From the IMG/VR virus record IMGVR_UViG_3300009703_004110, positions 268,271 to 332,270 of that record: 64,000 nucleotides of DNA. One strand, written 5' to 3'. Below are positions 56,088 to 64,000 of the stretch, piece by piece. Under the pieces are notes generated by a model. That model was given only the letters and a program-made list of their open reading frames with translations, searched no databases and was not told the origin of the DNA. How positions within the stretch are numbered: position 1 is the first letter of the stretch; every line of letters begins with the position of its first letter. Position numbers and translations under genes: made by a program.

Positions 56088-57270
56088 TGGGAACTCCCTT
56101 GTCATCACCGTCAATATAATCAAAGGACTGAAGCCTTGCAGCCTCAATACCATTCACAGGAATCTTCAGCACTCGGGCTGCAATAAGATCCTTAATAGAA
56201 TCTAAGCCACCATCGAGATACTTAAAGCCAACAGACATGAGCTTCCTGTTAGAGCCGGATAGCTCCTTCAACACACGAGCCTGACCCTTACGAGTCGGTA
56301 GCTCAGCGACCTGACGCTCTTCCATCTCTTCAAGAAACTTAGTTACTTCGCTAACTACATCCTGCTTATCTTCCAAGAACTGTGTCATGAAAGGTTCGGC
56401 AAAGCTTGCAGACTCCCAATCCAAACCTCTTGCAAAGAAGAAGTCTCGCAACTCTCCGACTGAATTCAAGTCAGCAAACCATGCGATCTTACGAACGCGG
56501 TCTTCCGATAGATGAAACTTTAGTCGATGAATACGCAGGTATTCGTCTGCCTTGATCTTAATTAGCATAGCACCGTTACCACACCATGCTACAATACCTT
56601 CACTACCAATCCACGGAGCAATCTCGGCACGAAGCGCATTGATATCCATAGGTAGATCGTGGAATTGAACAGGGCGAGTCCCCGTAGTTTCTGCGACCTT
56701 TTCAATCAGGTGAGCAAAGCCAAAGAACTTCGGCAAAGTCTCATCATGATAAAGGTTCATATAACCAAGGAAAGTTAGCGCAGGTTCCCTGTACTCAAGG
56801 ACGATACGGTTGTTCGGAGAAGTATACTCAAAGAGCAGAGACTTGTCTCGGAACAAAGAAGCGTCTAGCAATGCCGGATACTTTTCGCGTACCAATTCCA
56901 TGACCGGGAAGCCAAAGCCATCAGCCAAAACATGCGAACCACGGGTACGAAAGTTAACGTGACCATCAATAACAGAACGAATGATCAGAGAGCCGTCCAT
57001 CTTTTCGGCAAAGCGTACTTCACCATTGTCAAGATAACCTTCAAACATCTTATCATGCTCTGGATTCTCGAAGAGATTGAAGAATTTTGGTAAAGATGCG
57101 CTTACGATATTTCCATTGGTATCAAGAAGTAAACTTCTTAAGTGTAACTCATCTAACGCCCACTTATGTTTAGATTTCTTCGGTACAATAAGAAAATAAA
57201 CTTTTCCATTCCAACTTCTCTCTGAAATCTTAAAGTCTTTTCTATTAATTTCTTCAATATTAATGTGCAT
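56080..57270 (-). CDS. T4 Rnl1-like RNA ligase
   Basis: R.L, KFFN, EKMDGSL, FEY.SP.N.IV..Y, EGIV, KIK..Y. Confidence 0.88.
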   Translation of the reverse strand: MHINIEEINRKDFKISERSWNGKVYFLIVPKKSKHKWALDELHLRSLLLDTNGNIVSASLPKFFNLFENPEHDKMFEGYLDNGEVRFAEKMDGSLIIRSVIDGHVNFRTRGSHVLADGFGFPVMELVREKYPALLDASLFRDKSLLFEYTSPNNRIVLEYREPALTFLGYMNLYHDETLPKFFGFAHLIEKVAETTGTRPVQFHDLPMDINALRAEIAPWIGSEGIVAWCGNGAMLIKIKADEYLRIHRLKFHLSEDRVRKIAWFADLNSVGELRDFFFARGLDWESASFAEPFMTQFLEDKQDVVSEVTKFLEEMEERQVAELPTRKGQARVLKELSGSNRKLMSVGFKYLDGGLDSIKDLIAARVLKIPVNGIEAARLQSFDYIDGDDKGVPNE

Positions 57271-57290
57271 AGTAAATCCAGGAGGATTAA

Positions 57291-58082
57291 ATGAGGAGAG
57301 ACAACCGTAAATATACCGTAAATGATAATTTTCTTAAGGAGGTTGGCCCAGAGCAGGCTTATTTTATTGGCCTTATGGCCGCAGACGGCTCTATTGCCAA
57401 ATCACCAAAGGCAAAGCAAAATAAATTTAGATATTTAAAATTGAGCCAGTCTGGTTATAATGGTTTAAAAACTATAAAGTATATAACTAATTTATTAGAG
57501 TCAGATTGCAAAATCTATTCTGATCCAAAAATTAGTTCACACTCATTTCAAATAACTTCAATCTCAATTGTATCTGAGTTAATTAAAATTGGTGTAACTC
57601 CAAATAAAACACTAACACTTGGTTGGCCAAAAATAAGTCCATTGCTTTCAAATCATTTTATGAGAGGGTATATAGATGGTGATGGTTCAGTTGGAATTTA
57701 TAAACGCGGTGGTGGCACTTACCTTTCGCTTAGCTATGTTGGAACAGAAGAGTTTGTTAAATCCTCGATCCTATTTCTTCCTGTAAATAAGTATCACCTT
57801 AGAAAAGTTAAACGATGCAAAAATCTATATCAGATATATTTTAACGGACAAGCCGCAGAGATAATGTGCAAATGGCTATGGATTGATTCAAAATATAAAA
57901 GCTATAAGTATGATATATATAATAATTGGATGACCAATTATCATCCACCATATAGAAAATATACTAAGCTTAAACATCAAGCAAAAAAACTTTTTGATAG
58001 CGGTATGACACCTGTTAAAATTTCGAAAGAAATTAACATAGCTTTTCAAACTGTATATAAGTGGCGAAAAGAATGGATCTAG
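57291..58082 (+). CDS. LAGLIDADG homing endonuclease with C-terminal HTH
   Basis: YFIGLMAADGS and FMRGYIDGDGS; AT-rich, opposite strand. Confidence 0.9.
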   Translation: MRRDNRKYTVNDNFLKEVGPEQAYFIGLMAADGSIAKSPKAKQNKFRYLKLSQSGYNGLKTIKYITNLLESDCKIYSDPKISSHSFQITSISIVSELIKIGVTPNKTLTLGWPKISPLLSNHFMRGYIDGDGSVGIYKRGGGTYLSLSYVGTEEFVKSSILFLPVNKYHLRKVKRCKNLYQIYFNGQAAEIMCKWLWIDSKYKSYKYDIYNNWMTNYHPPYRKYTKLKHQAKKLFDSGMTPVKISKEINIAFQTVYKWRKEWI

Positions 58083-58092
58083 CCTTTATATA

Positions 58093-58287
58093 TTAAAAGC
58101 CTTTTCGCAAACTACTTAAATCACTAAGAGTTGCTATCTTAATATTAGCAATTAAAACAGAATATGAATCTTGCATATTTTGCTCTCCCTCAATATAAAT
58201 TATACAACGGTCTAAAGTTTGAGAGTGATATCCAAAGTCATAAATCGCATTTTTATAGACTACCTTCTGCCCACGCTTAAGTCGCAT
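58093..58287 (-). CDS. hypothetical protein
   Basis: 64 aa. Confidence 0.5.
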   Translation of the reverse strand: MRLKRGQKVVYKNAIYDFGYHSQTLDRCIIYIEGEQNMQDSYSVLIANIKIATLSDLSSLRKGF

Positions 58288-58570
58288 TATCTTGCTCCAA
58301 TTTATCTTTTTTTTGTTTGGGCTTAGTCTCTTTCTCTGAGCTTACCCAAACCTTGTATCCAATTACAAATGTAGCTACTGAGATTATAACACAGTAAATG
58401 AGGGACATTTTCCCGACAAAGTAGGCTAAGGCAAAAATCCAAAATGGCATTACATATGGTGAGCTTATTAGCTTCATCAATTGAACGATGCCATAAGCGA
58501 ATCGCTCTACTATAGGGTGCCGATACCATTCATCGTGAAAATTACTCATGCTGGTGTCTCCGCAGTACAT
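58277..58570 (-). CDS. small membrane protein
   Basis: two hydrophobic segments. Confidence 0.55.
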   Translation of the reverse strand: MYCGDTSMSNFHDEWYRHPIVERFAYGIVQLMKLISSPYVMPFWIFALAYFVGKMSLIYCVIISVATFVIGYKVWVSSEKETKPKQKKDKLEQDNAT

Positions 58571-59838
58571 GGTGTATCAGATGAATCATCCTTAGGGCTT
58601 TTATCATTTGATTCTTCTTCACCGTTCTTTGGTGATGTATATAGAATACTTTTGATTTCCTGCTCCCAATTACCAAATCCATGCACCACTAATCTTCTCG
58701 CAACCTCGCCAAGATATGCACCAGATAATTGATCTGTTAGTTTTATGATTTCATCCCAATGCGGTATGACTTCTTCAGTATTCTTACCTAGATAATATCT
58801 AAGAATCAAATTCCTTTCTTCTTCATTTGGAAGATGAAAGGTTAAAACCTCATCAACTCTTCCCGGTCTCATTCCGGGGAAGTGCCAGTCACCAATTTTG
58901 GGTTCTTTATCAGGATCATCAGCGGAGCTTGTCATTACTGTTGCAATAACCAAGCACTCCGGATCTCTTAGCGCTTCCAGTAAAGAAAGGAACCCTTCCG
59001 TCTTTTCTGTATTACTTAAAGACAGATCATCTAAAAGCAGCACTGTTGGTTTAAACAAATGAACCATAGCGATTAACTGTTCGAAGCTACAATTACCCAA
59101 AACAGAAGAGGCTATCTTTAATGTCTTTGCATTATGACCTGCACTATACGAGGCCACATGCTTTGCAAAGACACTCTTCCCAACTCCCGTTGGTCCTCTT
59201 AGCAGAACAGTCCTAGGCTCTCGTCCATAACGTGCAAGCCTCTTAGCAAAAGATTCTGGATTGTGAACCATTCCAAGAAACGGTCCCGGCTCTTGCCCTG
59301 GGTTAACACCAAACTTATTACTACCGCGATAAGAATAGTGATCATTCTCTTTTGCACTAAGCATTAAGCTTGAGTCTTTTTCCCAAACAATCTCTTGCAG
59401 GATTCCAACAATATCTTCAAACTTTCCGTTCTCTAAATATGGCCCACCAGAATATTTATCTCCAGAGAAAATAGCTCCAATGTTAATATTTCCGCTGGTA
59501 AATACGTAAGCCTGATCAGTTAGGCTAGCTGCGACTAGTTGCCTTTCCAGATTGCTGCTCATTAATAATTCGCATACAAAACCATCAATTGCTGTATCAA
59601 TAGATTGGTAACCTCTGTTACCAAAATATGACCAAGGAGAATCTGACGGATAAAAGATATTAACTATTTCGCTTGTTGCTATTGCGCTGCCTAATAGTTT
59701 TGATATTGGTCCGCCTTCTCTAGTTGCATCGGACATCTCAACTACCTTTCCAGCAGCTTTAAACCACCTCTGCTTTCCTTTTATAAACCTGACTATTCGT
59801 GGCATCCTTTTACAGATCATGACCTGTTGTCCTGCCAC
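58546..59838 (-). CDS. AAA+ ATPase
   Basis: GPTGVGKS, LLLDD, RPGRVD. Confidence 0.85.
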   Translation of the reverse strand: MAGQQVMICKRMPRIVRFIKGKQRWFKAAGKVVEMSDATREGGPISKLLGSAIATSEIVNIFYPSDSPWSYFGNRGYQSIDTAIDGFVCELLMSSNLERQLVAASLTDQAYVFTSGNINIGAIFSGDKYSGGPYLENGKFEDIVGILQEIVWEKDSSLMLSAKENDHYSYRGSNKFGVNPGQEPGPFLGMVHNPESFAKRLARYGREPRTVLLRGPTGVGKSVFAKHVASYSAGHNAKTLKIASSVLGNCSFEQLIAMVHLFKPTVLLLDDLSLSNTEKTEGFLSLLEALRDPECLVIATVMTSSADDPDKEPKIGDWHFPGMRPGRVDEVLTFHLPNEEERNLILRYYLGKNTEEVIPHWDEIIKLTDQLSGAYLGEVARRLVVHGFGNWEQEIKSILYTSPKNGEEESNDKSPKDDSSDTPCTAETPA

Positions 59839-60332
59839 CTGTTAATCATGCGCCTAATTGCTTCAACCGGAACACCATGAGTGTTGCGCTTAGCAGCAAC
59901 CTGGGGCTTTGGGTGAGGAAGGGTAACATGAGCGACAATGTATCCCTGCTGCTCAGCCTCGCGAGCATACTTACCCCATTCCTTTCGCTGCGTATTGGTG
60001 TTGTCACAAATAACAATCGGGATCTCGTCCATCAAAGACTGACGAAATGCCTTGTAGTTTGCATTGTGAAAGATACCAAGCTGCTTAGGGTTAAACTTGT
60101 AAACTCCGTCCTTCATGAAGTATTCATCAGTAGAATGAATCGCGGCACAAATCTCTTGGACCTCTCCATCATATACATAGCCGAAGTACTGAACAGACTT
60201 TTCAGTCCAAAATACCCCATGATAACTCTGCATAGAGTTCTCTGACGCCATCCAGTTAGACTGAGCAATAGCACGCGCAGCACTGGACTTGCCAGAACCA
60301 GGGACTCCACCCATGATAAAACAAAGCTTCAT
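59817..60332 (-). CDS. P-loop polynucleotide-kinase-like protein (AAA_33)
   Basis: GVPGSGKS, STDEYF, DNTN, RNTHGVP. Confidence 0.85.
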   Translation of the reverse strand: MKLCFIMGGVPGSGKSSAARAIAQSNWMASENSMQSYHGVFWTEKSVQYFGYVYDGEVQEICAAIHSTDEYFMKDGVYKFNPKQLGIFHNANYKAFRQSLMDEIPIVICDNTNTQRKEWGKYAREAEQQGYIVAHVTLPHPKPQVAAKRNTHGVPVEAIRRMINRWQDNRS

Positions 60333-60436
60333 AGCTTACCCTCCTTTCTTCCAATTCATTACCTGCACCATTTTCATTTTAAGCCAACGAAGACAAGGTT
60401 TTGCCGCCAAGGGCTTTGGCCCCTGGATCTATTCAT

Positions 60437-61099
60437 TTATCCAATTGTGATCACCGCCGGGTTGACCGTGCCAGTCTCACTTTCAACTCCATACTTTTTG
60501 TTATGCCATTGACGCAAAGTATCGCCATGCTCCCAAACCTGAGATAGAGTGTGAACAGCCGCACCATACATGAAGCCGGTAATTCCCTCATTATCTGCCA
60601 AGCTAGAGGTCCTCTTTGCAGAACTTTCAATTGACTCTCCACGACTCAACGCTGATTCCATTAGTCTTGCCCAACGCTCTGCATATGTAACTACCGCTCC
60701 ACCATAGGGATCGGTATTCTTATTCTTAAAGTCATCCCATGCATCAGAATCTTTTAGAGTCATATTGTCAGGAGCGGTAGCTAGAAGATCCTCAAGAGCG
60801 TTCTTTCGCTCGCTCTCCTTTCTTTCCGCTTCTTTCATCCTCTCTCGATATTCATCAGAAGCAAGATACTCTTCTCGACGTCTATCACTTTCTTCCCAAT
60901 AAACCTTAGCCAACTCAGGTCCCGCCTTAGAACCGTCCGCAATCAGCTCAATACCATTAAAGGAAAGAGCCTGGGTCTCGCCTGTTTCTTTAGCATAAGC
61001 AACCAAGTCATCGGCCGCGCCAGAGATGGTCGAACCGGGAGTCGCCTCTAGCTCTCCATCATAAATCCAAAGATTATCTGAAATATTTTCGTAACTCAT
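60437..61099 (-). CDS. hypothetical protein
   Basis: 220 aa; DPYG, AERWA.LME, GITGFM, W.HG motifs; RBS GAGGTG. Confidence 0.7.
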   Translation of the reverse strand: MSYENISDNLWIYDGELEATPGSTISGAADDLVAYAKETGETQALSFNGIELIADGSKAGPELAKVYWEESDRRREEYLASDEYRERMKEAERKESERKNALEDLLATAPDNMTLKDSDAWDDFKNKNTDPYGGAVVTYAERWARLMESALSRGESIESSAKRTSSLADNEGITGFMYGAAVHTLSQVWEHGDTLRQWHNKKYGVESETGTVNPAVITIG

Positions 61100-61264
61100 C
61101 TTTCACCTCTTAATGTAATTTTTATCAAAGAAGGAGCGCAGCTAATGTAACCCAAGTACCTGCTGAAGCAGCAAAGACCCACGTTGCCAAAAGGTTCCAG
61201 TCGTTCTTTAGTCCGACATATCCAATGCCAAGACCAACAGTGCTTGCAAGTAAAACATAAGGAA

Positions 61265-61708
61265 TCATATGTCCGCTCCGTTGTTAATTAGCACTACCTT
61301 GAGTGCTTTGTTATAATCTTTGTAAGTTGAAGTGTCTGCACAGATTGAGTCGTAGTCAACCCATCTAACATATCCTTCGCCTTCTTTCTTTCCTTCCTTA
61401 ACCCAATCGGCATTAATATTACCGTAGTAAAGATAGGTAGAACAGAGGTTGCCATCACAATCTCGCATCCTAAAGATTTCTTCAATAGGTCTTTTGCCTA
61501 AACGAAAGCCGGTCTCTTCAAAAGTTTCCCGAGTAATTGCCTCACGCGGAGTTTCACCAGGATCAATCTTGCCACCAGGAAGGTTTATATCATTGTCATC
61601 ATGCTTACGAGCTACTGACAGGATCCTTCCGTCTTCTGAAAAGATTACGATTGTTACAGCAAAAAGATCATCTTCCATTTCAAGTCCCATGTTCTTCACA
61701 AAAATCAT
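61265..61708 (-). CDS. NUDIX hydrolase
   Basis: PGGKIDPGETPREAITRETFEETG. Confidence 0.9.
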   Translation of the reverse strand: MIFVKNMGLEMEDDLFAVTIVIFSEDGRILSVARKHDDNDINLPGGKIDPGETPREAITRETFEETGFRLGKRPIEEIFRMRDCDGNLCSTYLYYGNINADWVKEGKKEGEGYVRWVDYDSICADTSTYKDYNKALKVVLINNGADI

Positions 61709-61716
61709 TTTGTTGC

Positions 61717-62202
61717 CTACCGTAATAATTTTTCAACATCATCAAACAAAAGGCTTCGCTCTCTATCTGTTAATGCTCTTAATTTTTCAGCAGGCTTTAT
61801 CGGCATGTCTCTGCCCCAAGGCTTACCGGATACCATGATTGTGATACAGGTTTCAAGTGGCGCGACATAGTGCCATAAGTTTTTGTCCATCATTTCATAA
61901 CAGCCTTCGTTCATAATTACTCTTGACATATTCTCTGGAGCGTCAATAGTTTCGCTATAACCGAATGCAGTTTGATACCCGCCGAATACCATAAAGGCAG
62001 CAGGCCAAGGGTGAGGATGAATCAATGCGTCACTTGGTTCGCATTTATGAAGTCTATGAATAGAAATTCTTACGTCTTCATAATCCATATAAAGTCTTTC
62101 AACTAATGGAGGATGATAATCTACATAAAGAGACTTCCAGTTTTCTCGGTCCGAAAGCAGAGCCGGAAGTTTTTCTTTTATATCTATTAGTTTCTTAATC
62201 AT
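61717..62202 (-). CDS. cupin-like protein
   Basis: HPHPW...G.Y...WHYV. Confidence 0.55.
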   Translation of the reverse strand: MIKKLIDIKEKLPALLSDRENWKSLYVDYHPPLVERLYMDYEDVRISIHRLHKCEPSDALIHPHPWPAAFMVFGGYQTAFGYSETIDAPENMSRVIMNEGCYEMMDKNLWHYVAPLETCITIMVSGKPWGRDMPIKPAEKLRALTDRERSLLFDDVEKLLR

Positions 62203-62675
62203 CTTGACTTTCCTTCTTTATATCTTTGTCTGCGAAGGAAGCGCCCATTACCTTTATTTTTAATTCCAAAAGTTGGCGTTTGGGCATGACAATTAGGACA
62301 GAGAAGTCTTACATTATTTAAACTACTATCTTCCGAGTTTCCATCTATATGATCTATTTGAATTGGAATAGGATTACCCATCCATTCTGATAAATCACAT
62401 GATGAGCATACATGACCAATTGTTTTTAAAAGATATTTTTTTGCTGTATGTGCAGTAAACTTTCCAGACTTAATTTTCATATCAAATTGATAATCCATCT
62501 GGCACCTATTAGAGCAGTACTTTCCTCTTGCTATTTTAATATCACATTGTATACAAAAATAATCTTTTCCATGACGCCTATTTCCCCTGTTGTTAAATTT
62601 TGCAGAACAACTTTGAGAGCAAAACTTTTTTGTTCGTGGGCCACGCTCTTGTCCGCACTCTTTACAAGTATTCAT
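62199..62675 (-). CDS. HNH homing endonuclease
   Basis: IQIDHIDGN..NVRLLCPNCHAQT. Confidence 0.9.
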   Translation of the reverse strand: MNTCKECGQERGPRTKKFCSQSCSAKFNNRGNRRHGKDYFCIQCDIKIARGKYCSNRCQMDYQFDMKIKSGKFTAHTAKKYLLKTIGHVCSSCDLSEWMGNPIPIQIDHIDGNSEDSSLNNVRLLCPNCHAQTPTFGIKNKGNGRFLRRQRYKEGKSR

Positions 62676-62744
62676 TTCGAACTCCTTACTGCTTTATAAT
62701 TTAAAAGTAATAGATAGTTCGAAATGTTATATGGTTACATCAGC

Positions 62745-63047
62745 TTATACTACAGTAGCATCTTCTGAGATTAACTTTCTATATTCAATAATCCATTCTT
62801 CAAGCTTATCAGCAAATTTGCCCATAGGCATATTCGGAAATCTTGGAGAGATCATCTGAGGTCCGGGAAATACTTTTTCACGAGATAGACGCGGAGCTTC
62901 CGGCATATCTAATCCAACGGCCTGAATTGTCATCGCTGTCCATATAATAGCAACTAGTTCACCATTATTTGTTGCGTACGCTTCTGGACACTTAATAACG
63001 CCGTCGAGAATCAGGTCTGCGATATCATCGTTCATATTACTCTCCAT
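62745..63047 (-). CDS. hypothetical protein
   Basis: 100 aa. Confidence 0.55.
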   Translation of the reverse strand: MESNMNDDIADLILDGVIKCPEAYATNNGELVAIIWTAMTIQAVGLDMPEAPRLSREKVFPGPQMISPRFPNMPMGKFADKLEEWIIEYRKLISEDATVV

Positions 63048-63105
63048 ATTTAATGGGGCCCTGTATAATATTCGGACCTTTTTGTGTATAGCGCAGTATA
63101 ATTAA

Positions 63106-63181
63106 TGGAGCACCATAACGGAATCAAACCGTTATCCCCAGAGTACAAAACTGGAATAATAAATCATTATACTAATGGTGC
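63106..63181 (-). tRNA. tRNA-Thr(TGT)
   Basis: GCACCAT/ATGGTGC+TCCA, CCAG(T)-TTTGTAC-(T)CTGG; variant D and T loops. Confidence 0.8.
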
Positions 63182-63211
63182 AAATTGATTTAATTAATGC
63201 AAAGGAAAAAT

Positions 63212-64000
63212 ATGAAATATACTAACAAAAACTTTAAAGACTGGCTTACACAATTCGGCTCAAGAGAGGACGTATTATTAGAGTGTGATTATTGTGATAA
63301 TACATTTACAAGAAATAAACATTCGATTATCCGATCCATTAACAAAGGTTATACGCACTCTTTTTGCTCCTCTCAGTGTAAAAGCCTATATAATGGTATT
63401 TCTATAAAGAAAAATTGTAAAACTTGTGATAAGGAATTTACCAGAAATACTAAATTAAATGGAACATTTTGCTCTCAAAGTTGCGCCGCCTCATTTAATA
63501 ACCTTGGAACTTGTAAAAATCCAAACGGTATTGGCCTAGATAAAGCCAGGAAATCACGTATTAAAAACTTAAAAGGATCTATAGGTAACAAAAAATATAA
63601 GCCTAAAAGGCAGTATCGTCCTCGACTAAGAACGAATAAATGTATAAATTGTGAAAACTCTGCATCAAAGAATGCCAAATATTGCTCTACTAGATGCCAG
63701 ATGGATTATCAATTAGAAGCCAGAATTGCCTCTGGAGAGTTTTCGGCTAGAACTGCAAAGCGATATCTTTTAAAACACAGCGGTCATATATGTTCTATGT
63801 GTGATTTATCTGAATGGAATAACCGGCCAATTCCTATAGAAATAGATCATATAAATGGAAACTCATCTGATAATTCTTTATCGAATTTAAGGCTTCTCTG
63901 CCCAAACTGTCACGCTCAAACAGTTACTTATAAATCAAGAAATAAGGGCAATGGCAGATATTACAGAAGGCAGAGATATAAAAATGGAAAATCTTATTAG
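63212..64000 (+). CDS. HNH homing endonuclease
   Basis: CxxC..FCS..C repeats, IEIDHINGN..NLRLLCPNCHAQT; close paralog of 62199-62675. Confidence 0.9.
   Translation: MKYTNKNFKDWLTQFGSREDVLLECDYCDNTFTRNKHSIIRSINKGYTHSFCSSQCKSLYNGISIKKNCKTCDKEFTRNTKLNGTFCSQSCAASFNNLGTCKNPNGIGLDKARKSRIKNLKGSIGNKKYKPKRQYRPRLRTNKCINCENSASKNAKYCSTRCQMDYQLEARIASGEFSARTAKRYLLKHSGHICSMCDLSEWNNRPIPIEIDHINGNSSDNSLSNLRLLCPNCHAQTVTYKSRNKGNGRYYRRQRYKNGKSY

Noticed and set aside
57291-58082. LAGLIDADG ORF as part of an intron or intein
   Set aside because: It is on the opposite strand with its own RBS, flanking genes look intact, and no splice motifs are present
229-62699. Most short plus-strand ORFs in the track
   Set aside because: Antisense shadows of well-supported minus-strand genes
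1-64000. Genome-wide TAG reassignment (genetic code 15)
   Set aside because: Long conserved genes have no internal TAG and many genes end properly at TAG; only three local readthrough candidates were found

Overview
This window looks like part of a very large (jumbo or mega) bacteriophage genome. The genes are dense and almost all on the minus strand, with many short orphan ORFs, an endolysin-like amidase and free-standing HNH/LAGLIDADG endonucleases. There are no rRNA or ribosomal-protein genes, and no capsid or terminase gene either, so the phage call is an inference. The window is a translation, tRNA and NAD island. It encodes IleRS, LysRS, shortened ArgRS/GluRS/HisRS, EF-Tu, EF-G, IF3, an RF1-like factor, peptide deformylase, two Pth2-like proteins, Thg1, two RNA ligases, a kinase, NAMPT with NadM-Nudix, NAD kinase, NADAR, ClpP and about 18 tRNAs. 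Five features stand out. (1) An amber (UAG) gated module: a CUA-anticodon tRNA, three nearby ORFs with in-frame TAG (a Pth2-HD fusion, an RGPP-containing leader peptide and a small protein) and an RF1-like factor. (2) A candidate ubiquitin-like operon: three consecutive proteins ending Gly-Arg, then a ThiF/E1 enzyme and a putative papain-fold protease. (3) A set of tRNA-like RNAs: a permuted YrlA-like RNA, expanded-core tRNAs and a 37-nt minihelix, alongside synthetases that lack anticodon-binding domains. (4) A tRNA-His with A73 and no encoded G-1, together with Thg1. (5) Nine or more orphan proteins sharing a C-terminal 'F-N-L-D-L-F' module. All calls were made by eye from motifs; no searches were run.
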